From: Malacoraja senta
Lineage: Eukaryota
Length of the DNA stretch: 64,000 nucleotides
Direction: 5' to 3'
NCBI GenBank assembly: GCA_038087875.1
Contig: CM075989.1
Coordinates: forward strand, 6,510,001-6,574,000
Below, piece after piece: positions 1-12,500 of the stretch. Below the pieces are notes generated by a model. It did no database searches. It had not been told where the DNA came from and saw only the letters and a program-made list of their open reading frames with translations. The position numbers and the translations under genes are program-made. The first letter of the stretch is position 1, and each line of letters opens with the position of its first letter.

Positions 1-61
1 AATAAAGTGAAAGTAAGAATGTCATGGGAGGTGGAGCTGTGATATGTATGGTATGGGTGAC

Positions 62-348
62 AGGGTGGTGCAGTGGGGGAGTTGCTGCCTTACAACACCA
101 GAGACCTGGGATCGATCCTGACCATGGGTGCTGTCTGTACGGAGTTTTACGTTCTCCCCGTGACAGCATGGGGTTTCCCCAGGAGCTCCAGTTTCCACCC
201 ACATTCCAAAGATGTATAGATTTGCAAGTTAATTGGCTTGGTAAAATTGTCCCTAGTGTCTGTAGGATAATCTTAGTGTGTATGGGGGTCGCTGGTCGGA
301 ACTCGGTGGGCCAAAAGGCCTGTTTTCATGCTACGTGTCTAAACTAAA
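62..348 (+). mobile_element. HE1/V-SINE-type tRNA-derived SINE
   Basis: A/B-box-like head, V-domain core (cacgttctccccgtgac...cccacattccaaaga), LINE-like tail. Confidence 0.85.
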
Positions 349-423
349 GTCAACCGACCAACAGTACAAGAGTAACAAAGCAGACTCAAAAGGCTACTTT
401 TTGTTCCTCAATAGAAAACTAAC

Positions 424-589
424 CTGGATGTAATTCTCTCTAAATCATAGAATGCCACAATGGTTCCAGGCAAGATCCCAATGGTATAGGTTAATTGCGA
501 GAGGTCGACATAGACATCCAAGGCTATGGTTCTATTCTGAACATGACCAATGGTGAACTTCAGACCCCAGTCACCAGGAACCAATACAC
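424..589 (-). CDS. CTC1: CTC1 exon 18 (GVLVPGDWGLKFTIG...LDVYVD...GILPG...LERITSR)
   Basis: LDVY...GLLPG-like motif; 166 nt. Confidence 0.93.
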
Positions 590-3500
590 CTGTCGACAAG
601 CAAGGGGCAAGGAATGTTAAATAAAACAAAACACACTCACCAGGGAGAACTTAACCTTATTCAACTTGTGCCCAGACAAACATCAAGAGAGCACAAAAAA
701 GTTAAATTGTCCACCCAAAAAGAACTCTTTCTGAAGAAGGGTCCTGGCTGACAAAACCTCACCTATCTATGTTCTCCAGGGTTGCTGTCTAATTCACTGA
801 GTTACTCCACCACTTAGCGACAAAAAAAAAAACTATCCTTAACCTTTTCATTTGCGGAAATCAGCACATTTTCTCATTTCACAAATGAGAAAGCACTAGA
901 ACTGCTTCAAGGTCGAGTCTTCAAAGTCTGAGGAAGGGTCTCGACCTGAAACGTCACCTATTCCTTTTCACCAGAGATGCTGTCTGAACCGCTGAGTTAC
1001 TCCAGCTTTTTCTGTCTGCTTCAGAGCATCTTCCATGGTCAACCTTATTTGTGAGTGAGATAAGAAATTCTGGCAAAACTCTGCAGCCTGCTATTATCCA
1101 ACATTGCTATAATATTACAGCATTTGACTCAGGGCACTAATTTCAGAAATACAGGCAATGTTTATTACCATACTCTTACCTTTTGCATTGATATCAGTAA
1201 TAAAAGATGGAAAGTTGGGCCTTCTTTTGGATTCAGAGCACATTCTTTCCAATATAATTCCCGTGAAAGAGACAAGCGATGCTGAGAAACTGGTAGATAA
1301 TCCAAATATAAGACTCCAATTGAGGACATCACAAAATGTGCTTTCCTAAAACAAAGCCAAATTTCTCCTTTTTTGGATTTTACAATGTCAGAATTAATCT
1401 AAAGTATTTGTCTTTTAAACTTGGAAAAAATAAGTTCAAAGAGAAATATGGTGAACAGCATCATTTAATGACGGAAATGTCTAATGCCTAAACACTTCAT
1501 AGGATTCCCACCATTTGATGCCCAGTGTTCCTACTAAAAGCACACACAGTGAAAGCATGGTATTGAGCTCAAACACACACAAAAAAAAAGGTGCATAATC
1601 CAAAACCTTTATTTTACGTAGTTTGAGCTTGCAATTGCAAAATGGCCATTTGGATTCTGAAATACACTACAGTTGAAAGGACCATAAACGAGACATTGTA
1701 AATCAGGAGATGGAGGATAGAAAAATAATCGAAAGAGCAGGGAAAGGGGTATTTTCCATTTTCATTTATACGCTTACCTGCCAGAGAGTACGTCTTGAAC
1801 AGTTCTTGGATGAGGAATTTCTGATGCCAATTTTTCAAAGTAAGCAAATATATTTGTTTGTTTTTTGGAAAGCTGCAATTTAAATAATTTTACCAGTAAG
1901 CAAAAGGTTTCATGAATGCTATCATTTTACGACAATGATACTTTAAAAACATGTGCCAAGGTCCATAAAATAATGCAATATATAAAAATTTTGACGGCAC
2001 TGGGCCTATATTCGCTGGAGTTTAGAAGAACGAGGGAGGACCTAATTGAAATGTACAGAATTGGATGGAGTGGATGTGGAGAGGATGTTTCCACTAATGG
2101 GAGAGCTAGACTAGAGATCATAGCCTCAGAATTAAAGGATGTTCTTAGGAAGGAGATGGAGGAATTCATTCTGTCAGAGGGTGGTGAATCTGTGGAATTC
2201 TTTGCCACAGAAGGCTGTGGAGGCAAAGTCAGTGGATATATTTAAGGCAGAGATAGATAGATTCTTGATTAGTACAGGTGTCAGAGGTAATGGGGAGAAG
2301 GCAGGAGAATGGGGTTAAGAGGGAGAGACAGATCAGCCATGATTGAATGGCGGAGTAGACGATGGGCCGAATGGCCTAATTCTACTCCTATCACTTATGA
2401 AACCAGTGACAATGAAACCCATGTTATTCCTGACAGAATAATAAAACATAAATTATCTAATGGATCTTTTATTTACCAATGTTAAACTAATCTTCCCTCA
2501 CTTACTTTCAATGTCTGTCACAGCATGTCATTGAGGTGAAATCTTAAACCGTCAAACTGCACAACACAGTAATTACCAGCATATATTACATATAACAGCA
2601 ATCTTCCCATTCTCCATAACTCATTAACAAGTCAATATAATGTACAATGGGAAACAGATATCTTTAATTAACTTTTGAGTTCTATAATATCAGCTTACTG
2701 GGGATTGGCGTAAATCAGAGAACGTGGAAATATACTGGAACTTCCAGTCAGGTTGAACAACAAGGCAGCGAGGGCAATTCATGCTCTGTAGAGTCTTCAA
2801 TGGAATGGAAGAAGAGTGCTGTTCAAAAACAGATGCTCCCTGAATAAGTAAAATAAAATAAGAGCATGTTAATCACCTTGAAAGTGGAAATTACACAAAA
2901 TCAACTTGCTCAAGCATTTACCGCTGCGGAGTAGGAATCATGATGCAATTCTTGTGGGCCAGGTCTTGCTTGCATGGACTTGCAATCCCCAGTCGCAAAC
3001 ATCAATGTATCTGAGCAGGGACCTGGAGAACAACATTGTTTGCCTGAATCATCTTGGATCCCAGCAATGAGGCTTGTGGACCAGCTGAGCCATGAGTTCA
3101 AGAAGCTATGCCTCAAGGCTCCTTCAAATGCATTGCCCCCAGTTCTACTATCAGTCATTGGGCATTTTACACAGTTAAAATTAAAAAACAAAAGAAAATT
3201 TAAAAAATCTAGACTTCAAAAAAATGAATGTAAACAAATGTAAATTAAAAATCTAAAACCCCTACAAATAAATTACAAAAGGATGAAAGTACTTTCTTCC
3301 TTCCCCTCAGCACCACAATCCTCATGGAATTTAATGAGGTTCGGGATTCTGCCCCAGGTTTAATCCAGTATGAGGAAATGTTGCCGTGTAAATGCTGGCA
3401 ATGTCAGCACGATTACATTCTACTTGCTGGCTCCATAGAGGTGTGTTAATAAAAAAAAGCACATCTTTTATTCACCAATTTTATAACTTTCATGTTCAAC

Positions 3501-6500
3501 TACAAATGTGCAAAAACTGATTTAGTGACATTTCAACAACTGAATACTCGTGGTTTACTTCAGAACAGCCAAGATTTTTCAGCAAAATCTGGGCCAATAG
3601 GTTGTGATATCTTTCCTTCCCTCACTGTGATGAGTTCAAAAGCAACCACAAACTGTGTTACATTTTATTGAGAGGTGCACCACACACACACAAAATCACA
3701 TGCATAATCATATTTTTTGTTCTCTTACCACCTGTTCTGGTCCAATGACTCTGTAAACTCCCTCGTGGTTTATCAGATGGTACCACCGCACAGCTTCACC
3801 CATGAAATCCAGCTGCACCTGCAATGACATAGTAGGAAAGATTACACACTATATGTATACCTCCCTAGCAAGTGCAAAGATCAAGCAAAAATGAGACTAT
3901 TACTTCAAGTATTCATCTCATTCAAATATCTAAATTTAGAGTCATGGAGTCAGAGTGATACAGCACTGAAACAGGCCATTCAGACTAGGTTGCCCATGAC
4001 GACCAAGGTGCCCGATCGACACATTCCACCTATCTGGCCCATACTCCTCTATACCATTCCTATCCATGTACCTGTCCAAATGCCTCTTACATGTAATAGT
4101 TTCTGCCACCAGAAGCTCATTCCATATACCCAGCACACTCTGTGTGGTATACAGTTCTGTGGTTTTAAGCAAAAATGTCAATGTTAAATAAACTATGGCT
4201 TCAGAAGCAATCACTGGAAAATGTGCAGTTTTCATGTTATACAGTGTAGAAGCAGAAAACTCACTAATGGTAGAGATCACAGCAAAACAAAAAAACATAG
4301 AAATTTAAAAAAACCTCTAAAGATACAATCTGGGTAAAATATCCATGTCCAAATGGTGGAATTGTATTCACTGCCTCCCAGAGCGCAGATAAAACCGTTA
4401 TATGATTGTAGTCAACGTTTTATTATCTACAGTTGCTTCTAACACCTGCATACACAATTGAGTTGAAAGAGGGAAACAAGGACAAAATGGAGCCATATGG
4501 AGGAACAATGCTGCAACCAACCCATTGTATTTGGATGCAACCAATGATTCCTCCAACCCACTGGATTTTATTGTTAATGCCATTACTAAAACAAGTTCTG
4601 CCAAATTCTGACTTCTGCATGGCATTATCATTAGCGTGGTTGACACCGCAGCTATTTGATGCAATGGATTTTCCATGCATGTTAAAGGACAAAAAAACTA
4701 AAAAACATCTCAGAAGAGCTTCAAGTGACCTAATTGGCTAAACCATATTGCAGAAACAAAAGAGGAAGTCCTGAGAATGAGAATCAAATGATTGCAAAAT
4801 TAAGCTTTGTAAGTATTTATAACATTGAAATATTTCGGTGCATTTGTTGGGACCAAAATTAATGTTGAACATTAATTAATGTTAAACCAAACCATTCTGA
4901 TTTAATAAATTAACCTTTTCTTCTCAAGTTTATCAATTTTATTTGGGAGTCAGTTGCATTAATACTTAAGTAAAGCAATAAGGAAAATCAGTATTGAACT
5001 TGTGGATCCAATAATCTGATCTTCCTGACAACATATGGATGATTTCAGTTCTACAGATTAACCAAAGCTAACTGAGATCCAATTCCCTAAACTTAATACA
5101 ATGGCATTTCTCATACTGTCACCCAATGATCACAATTTCTACAACAACAAAAAAACATGGATATTAAGCTTCAATCGACCTTTATGACCCAGATTCTATA
5201 ATTTTAGGAGGATTTGGGATTTGAGGTAAAATTTCTATTCATAAACCCCAACAACCGAGTCTTTCATTAACCATAGAAACAAAGAGCTGCAGATGTTGGT
5301 TTATATCAAAGATGCTGGTTTATAGTTCAGAGTGGAAAGAAGGGTTCCGACCAGAAAAGTCACCTATTCTTTTCTTCCAGTCTGACCCACTGATTTACTC
5401 CAGCACTTTGTGTCTACCTTCCATGAACTATACTTCTGTTGTCAAAGGAAGAGCAATCCTGAGACTCAAGCCACACCTTATCTCAAATGTTTGCTTTATT
5501 TACAAGAAGATGGGAATCGGGAATACATCAATGAGCTAAACACTGCAACACTAACAGAAACTAAGCTTCATTATTCAGAAATGCAATTTGGTTAACATCA
5601 CTAGATTTGAGCGAATCTGTGGGTCTGTGGAAGGAATGAGGACAAAAACAGTTCTTTCCAAAACCAAGGACTTCAAAATGCCAAACAGCAGTTACATTTT
5701 GTTCAGTAGTGTAAAATATGAATGGTGATGTACAAATGCCAGTCATGCATATGGCATTGGACAGTTGTAAAATTTCTCATTACAACTAGAATGGAAAAAA
5801 CTATAGGCTTACTCATCTTGCTTCACACAAATCAGTTCACCATTATTTATATTAATGGTATGTATTTTCCTTAAATATGTGTTATATTATGCTGATACGG
5901 CTGATCTAAAAATTGAGAATTAAATGGAAGTTCACTACTGCAATGGGAAATTGGGTCAAAAAGAGAGAAACTACCTAGAAGATCTGTGATTAATCAATCA
6001 ATATTTTACAGCAAAAAATTAAGATATGATTGAAAACCCAAGTTCCCAATCCTGCCTTATTTGCTAAATATCAGTTTTGTCAAGCATGCAGAATCGACAA
6101 ATCTAAGATACAACATTATTGCCTATTACTAAATCCCTGGGGTGTGGTAAACCATGGGACTAGAATCTGAACTACGTTGATGAAAATAAAGTCGTCGCCA
6201 TAAAATACCATGAACAGGAAATAGAAAACCATCTGTCCAATGTGTTGGGTTTGACCAATACAAAACCATGGATTCCACCCTCCATGTGCAGCAAAGGCCA
6301 CAATTTGATTGTATCTTTAGGCTTTGCTCACATCTTTTATTCCCATTAAATGCCACTATACAAGATAGCATTGGTGATTTCAACAATCATTAAAAGAGTT
6401 TTGGCTACTTGTAAGAATTTGTCCAAAACAGACATTGTCTTCTGCAAATTCATAATTAACTATCTGAAAGATATCCTTAGTATTAATTCTGATTAAGAAA

Positions 6501-9500
6501 TTCTTTCAGTCTGTATTAACCACATCATCATGTCAAGAGGCACACTGGCAGCCATTTTGTTGGTGAAAGCTTTATCAATTGTTGCAAACCCCTTTCTGTA
6601 AAACTACCTATTTGAACTGTGTTTAATTTTTGCGAAGATGCAATTTTTGTTCACATTAGTAATATATACTGCAAAATAGATATGTTCATGTGTATGAATG
6701 CAAATATTAAATATAAGCACTATAGATACCTGCTACTTGTGTTTGTCATTACTATGTGACCGGGGATTGCAAATTTCACATTTTCTAATAGGGCTATTAC
6801 GAAAATATCCAATGCCAAATTTTAGTTCACAAACCCATTTCACAATTGTCATTACATTTACTACATGAAATAAGAGAAGTGATAAGATTAAACACTTGCC
6901 ACCAAATTTGGTGTTTGGAGAACAATTTTCCATTGTATTTTTGGTGACAAAGTGCAATTAAAATGTGTGCCATGGTGTTTAGCCAGTACATTGTTTGAAT
7001 ACATACTAGCAGTAGAGACCACAGTACCCTGCACGTCTTTCTTCCTTCTCATGGAGAAACTTCAAGGAGAATGCGTCAAGTGAGAATGCGTCATAGTGTT
7101 TTAAAAACTATAGTACCAATATTAGTAAAGCTATTTACACCAATGTCAATCTCATTTCAGATTTTGATTTACATCATGAAGAATTAAAAAATGTTTTAAA
7201 CTTTTATATTTGGAAATGTTTTTGGAATTATCTTGAATTTTAAATTTCAGATTGAATAAAGGCTAACCAAGATAAATAAACTCTAAAGAAGTCATTCAAT
7301 GCACCAATTTTTTAAATCTTATATTCAAAATATTTTCATATGAATTTGATTACACCTACATTCATTAATTGGTATTTGAATAAAACTATCTGCAAAAACA
7401 GTGATAAATACAAGTTTGGGGTCCCTTATTCTAATTGTTCTTCCAATGTCTGGAGTTGAATCTTCACACCTTCGCAATATCCCACCTCATGATTGCAGGA
7501 GATGGGATATTGCAAACAAAAATAAATTTGCAATATTTCAATGTTAAGTTACGTTGCTGGTTAACATGTTTTTATACTTACAACACTACAATTTCCAAAA
7601 TAAAATGGGCATATATAGGGAAATTGTGTATACAACGCTAGATTCATTGGAAGATTCTCTTTACTGGTGGCAAATAAAAAATAGTGGGCAGTGTATTTTT
7701 CCATCTTTGATTTACCCGAGAATGCAAGAGTTAATTTTGCACCCTTTTACTGTAGAGCCCACCAAACGAACAATGAGGACATGTTAGACAGACTGCAGTT
7801 GCTGCCAAAGCCTTAACAAAAGCAGCAACTGGCAGAAATATACATGTAAGCACGGCAATTCTATCCTTGTGTGGTTTCTCTCGCTGCCTCAACCTTTGCA
7901 AGAGGAAGAATGAATTTTGTAATAAAATGGCGCTTCCTCAAAGCTAGTCTTCACTGTAAAGACGAGGAGAAGCTGAACCTACTTCCGGGCACCCATAAAT
8001 TGGCGGGAAATGTCATGAGCCATATGAAAGTAATTCATCCACAGACATTAAAAAGATTAAACAAAACATTTTGATCAAAATTGCTGACAAAAATCTTTGT
8101 CTATAAATTCTGAGCTCTTAAATTACACCAAACAATATTAAGTGCATTTGCTACCCCAAAAATTCAGCATTTGCTACCCAATAATTCTGAATTAACAGAA
8201 ACTTAATTGCAAAATAACTCTTTAAAATGTTGGTAGTAAAATGTTGCTTATTTTCCTGCTTCACCTCTAATTGCTGAACAATATGTTGGCAAATCCACAA
8301 ATTGGGCTTAAAAAACCTGGAAAATAATATCTTTAATAAAGCATTTCCGAATGTTAAAAAAAGCTACAACATTTCAGTCTGTACATAAGGGTTTGATTCA
8401 CCAATAAAAACACACAGGGGCTTTACATTTGGTCCTTCAGGAAATATTGCAAATGGATTGGTTTTGACGGCTGAATTATTTTGCACAAATTTACAAAATA
8501 TTCTTCATGAACTTTATGAATTGTATCACTAGAAATTTTAAAATGCCAATGTATAAACAAAAAATATTGCATCTTTACTGATGCCAATGAACAATTCTGA
8601 TGTTTCATATTATCCATTCTTTCCACAAATGACTATAACTTCACACAGAAAAGAACATTTGCACTCAGAAAAGAACAGGCCACCATACCAAGCCAAATGA
8701 GTGTTTATCCTGTAAACATAAAATGATGAGCACAATAGAATGAACCTGTAAAACTATTTTAAACAAGGTTAGAGGAAGGGTTATGTACAGCTTAGTATAC
8801 ATTTGATTTGGTATATCTGAAACCCTTTAAAGAGAGCATGAAGTGAAATTCTTGAAAAAATCAATAAATGCTTGAAGTTAGTTGTATGTGTTCTTTCTGA
8901 CAACCCACAGAGTTCAGACATGGAGACCACACTTCTATTGAACTGTTATTAGCAATCAATCACTTTATTGTCACAACTTTTGTTTATGTCCACCAAACTT
9001 AATTGTTCACCAATTTCTCAAGAGTTAAACTGTATGCAGGCATAAAGAGGCATTTGTACTACGACAGTATTCAATGCAGATGAAATGTATAACTTCTCAG
9101 GGCAGTTTGTAAGCCAAAGATATATTTTAAAGATCTTTTATACCACAGATTAGCAGCTTCAGTTTTACAAGGCAAAGATGAAAAATTAAAAATTAAGGAA
9201 GCAGAGACTTTAACTATTACAAAACCCACTTGAAATTATACAGAATAGTTAAGATGGCTGATTAAACATTACCACCTCCCTCCACCAAAGGCTCAAAGAA
9301 GCAAGCATAATACAAAATTACAAAATACATGAAAGGGGTTGATTAAATCATGAAACCCTCAGCACAAAGAGTTAACAAAGCCAACACCCAAACAAAGAAA
9401 TCTTTTGATAACTCATGGATCATCAGTTCAGTTTTAGTTGTATTCAGTAAACAAGTTAATCGATCACAACCTAGGCAATACTTGTTCACGACCATAACCT

Positions 9501-12500
9501 TGCAAACTAGCACACTGAAGGTCAACAGTAACAAGTATTCTTCTATTATTAACCTTGTGCAACATATTAATCCCTTGAATAAGACCATCGGTGGTTGAAG
9601 GCTTGACCTCTGTGTCGTTCTGCAACAGCAAAAAAACATACAAGCTGTATTAAGGTATTAAGGGGAAAAAATACCTAAAGGGTTAATGCGGTCGTTTGTT
9701 TTTAATTTAAAAGATTTAGCCAAATAAGGTTTTCAAATCTACCAAAAGAAGTTTGTGTCAAATTTACTTTCATTTCAGAGATTAGAGCAGTGCAGTAACA
9801 GGCACGACTGCTATAATTAACTAGCTCTAATTGTGCTGCATCACAGCACTAGTTTTTCCAAGGACAAAGTTCAATTAAAATAACACTTACTTGTGTACGG
9901 TTGTTGTATTCAGAACAAAGAGTGGGGTCTGTTTCCAGTTCCAGCAATCCCTCGATGCTTCCTTCATCTTTCCAGTGTCTGGGGCTTTCTAGGGTAAATG
10001 CAGAAACGTGGAAAGAAAGCCCCAACCCTGCCTTAGTCCTCTTGCTGAGTGCTTCGACAGAGCCATTAGTATGCTCAGAGCCTTCGCTTCTGCCATATTG
10101 ACAGTTCCTGAGCATCAAGGCATCTTTGTGAGTTACTACCATTAACTGTGTAACGCAGCCTACACTGCGGCGTTTGTGTTTCCTCTTGCCTTTGCATTGT
10201 GCCGGGTGGACAGTGCAAGTAGCTGCTCCTTGCTGCTGCTGCTGCTGCTCCTTCACGCTCGGGGACGCCGCCGCTGCTCTGCCGCTCCATAATGGGTGTG
10301 AACAGACAGTTCTTCTACTTTCACCAACATGGCCTTCTTGCAGCACAACTTCCTCCAGCAGAGGCATTTTGGGAAGGGAAGGGCCGTGCTGGTGCTGATT
10401 GGATGTGATGCTATTGACCTCATGGTTTTTGCATGCACCATTGCAGCTGCAGGTTCGGGCAATCACTCCAGTAGTGGCTGGCGGCGTTGGGCTTGCTCTC
10501 TCTGGACTCGCACTCTTCCCCAACACTTGCAGATCACCCGCACAGCACTCAACGTAGACCCTGTTTCAAAATAAGATTTAAACATGATAAAAATGCCAAT
10601 CTTGTACAGAGACAGAGAGAGCGAGGGGAAGGAATGGTCAAACATAGGATTTAAAAACAATTAAAAAATTACCAATCTTGTGCACAATTACACACACACA
10701 GAATCTGAATCTGACACAGAGGGGCAGGAATGCTCAAAATAGGATTTTAAAACAAACATTTCCAAACACACACACAGAGGGGCAGGAATTGTCAAAATAC
10801 GATTAAAAAACGAAAAATTACCAAACTTGTGCACACACACACAAAATGGTACTTAGAGGTGGTATGGCGTGTGTGCTTTTTGCAGAGTATTTGTAATTGC
10901 AATGAGCTTTCAGTTTGGGGTTTCAGTGGAACAAGCAACAAAAAGCAACGCTGGCTGCGGGCTGAAACTGAAGAGTTCTCAGCGACCACAAAAACATCTG
11001 CTGCAGTGAGCTACCCCGCCCTCTACGCTTCCTGCCCGAACCAATCAACCTCCCTACCAAATCCCCACGGCTTCACAAATGACGTGCATTGCAGATAATA
11101 GCCACTAAATGTGCCCTCCTTCCTAAGCAAGGACGTTTCACGCCTTTCCACACTGCAGATTTTACTTATGCTGCGCAGAAATTTGTACAGGGCGCATTTT
11201 TATTTAGATTTGCAAATTAAAATCGCAGCTGCTGCTCTTAATTACCAAAAAAAAATTCGTTCAATGGTTACAAGTCTCCCTACATTTGGTTTCAACGCAA
11301 AAGCTGCAGCCGCTAATGTCTTCCTGAACCATTCCCATCATCCCCGCTCTCAGCAAGCCTTGCCACGTCGACAACCCAGTGGAAAAATACTGCAGAGCCT
11401 CTCTCACACAGAAGCCATGCCCCTTCACAGGTTTAGGGAGGGGGAGGGGATGGTTTCATTTCAAGTGCAATGCTTATTTTAACTAGGACCCCGTGTTAAT
11501 TTAATGTTGCATTACCATAAATACTCACATCAACTTTGTTACATAAACAACCATTTTTACCACTTAAAAAATGAGCAAATTAACATACAACTTGTGAATT
11601 ATATAATTAAACCTAAATATTTGACGTTGATACATAAATTATATTATACATTAATATATATTATTAAATTATATATTCATTCAAGTTAATGGAATTATTT
11701 TTCTTTACATTTAGAAACCTGGCACTGCAAAAGGAAATAACAGAGTTGTGAATTTGTGTAATTCTCTGTCACAGAAGGCAGTGGAGCCAATTCACTGGAT
11801 GCATTCAAAAGAGAGTTAAATAGAGCTTTTAGGGCTAGCGGAATCAAGGGATATGGGGAGAAGGCAGGAATGTGGTGCTGATTGTGGATGATCAGCCATG
11901 ATCACATTGAATGGCAGTGCTGGCTTGAAGGGCCGAATGGCCTTCTCCTGCACATACTATCTATGTATCTAGGAAATCAATTTTTTAAGCAAACGTGATA
12001 TATCAATTTCTCCAAACAGCAGTTACTTTTTACCCCTTGACATTTTCTTGCCGCCTCTCCAGGTATGCCACAGAATTAAGAGGGTACCAGCAGTTTTCTA
12101 GGAACTTTCTATTGTAATTATTCAGTGGTCAGTGATGCTGAGTTACTGGATACAGAATAATCATCCAACTAGAGGATGCACTCACTTTAACACGAGAGTG
12201 TGTTTACCAGAGCATTTAATTGTCTGCTATGGTTTTTTTGTGCCAGAGCCATTGAAATGGAGTATATAAAGACAATAGACAAAAAAGCTGGAGTAACTCA
12301 GCAGGACAGGCAGCATCTCTGGTGAGAAGGAATTCAGGTCGAGACCTTCAGCTCACAACATCACCACCAATCATCAAAACACTAATTTACAAAAATTAAA
12401 ATTTAAAATTTTGACCTCACACATGCCCATCATCTCTAGCTTCCCCCCACCCCTATCCCAATTCACCTGCCAACCCATATGGGAAAATTTACAGTAGCAG

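Noticed and set aside
2939..3015. C/D-box snoRNA-like pair (ATGATG...CTGA)
   Set aside because: Imperfect C box, no terminal stem, and antisense to the host gene.
6116..6301. Minus-strand FTTPQGF resembling the RT PQG motif
   Set aside because: Isolated coincidence; the ordered pol motifs are all on the plus strand.
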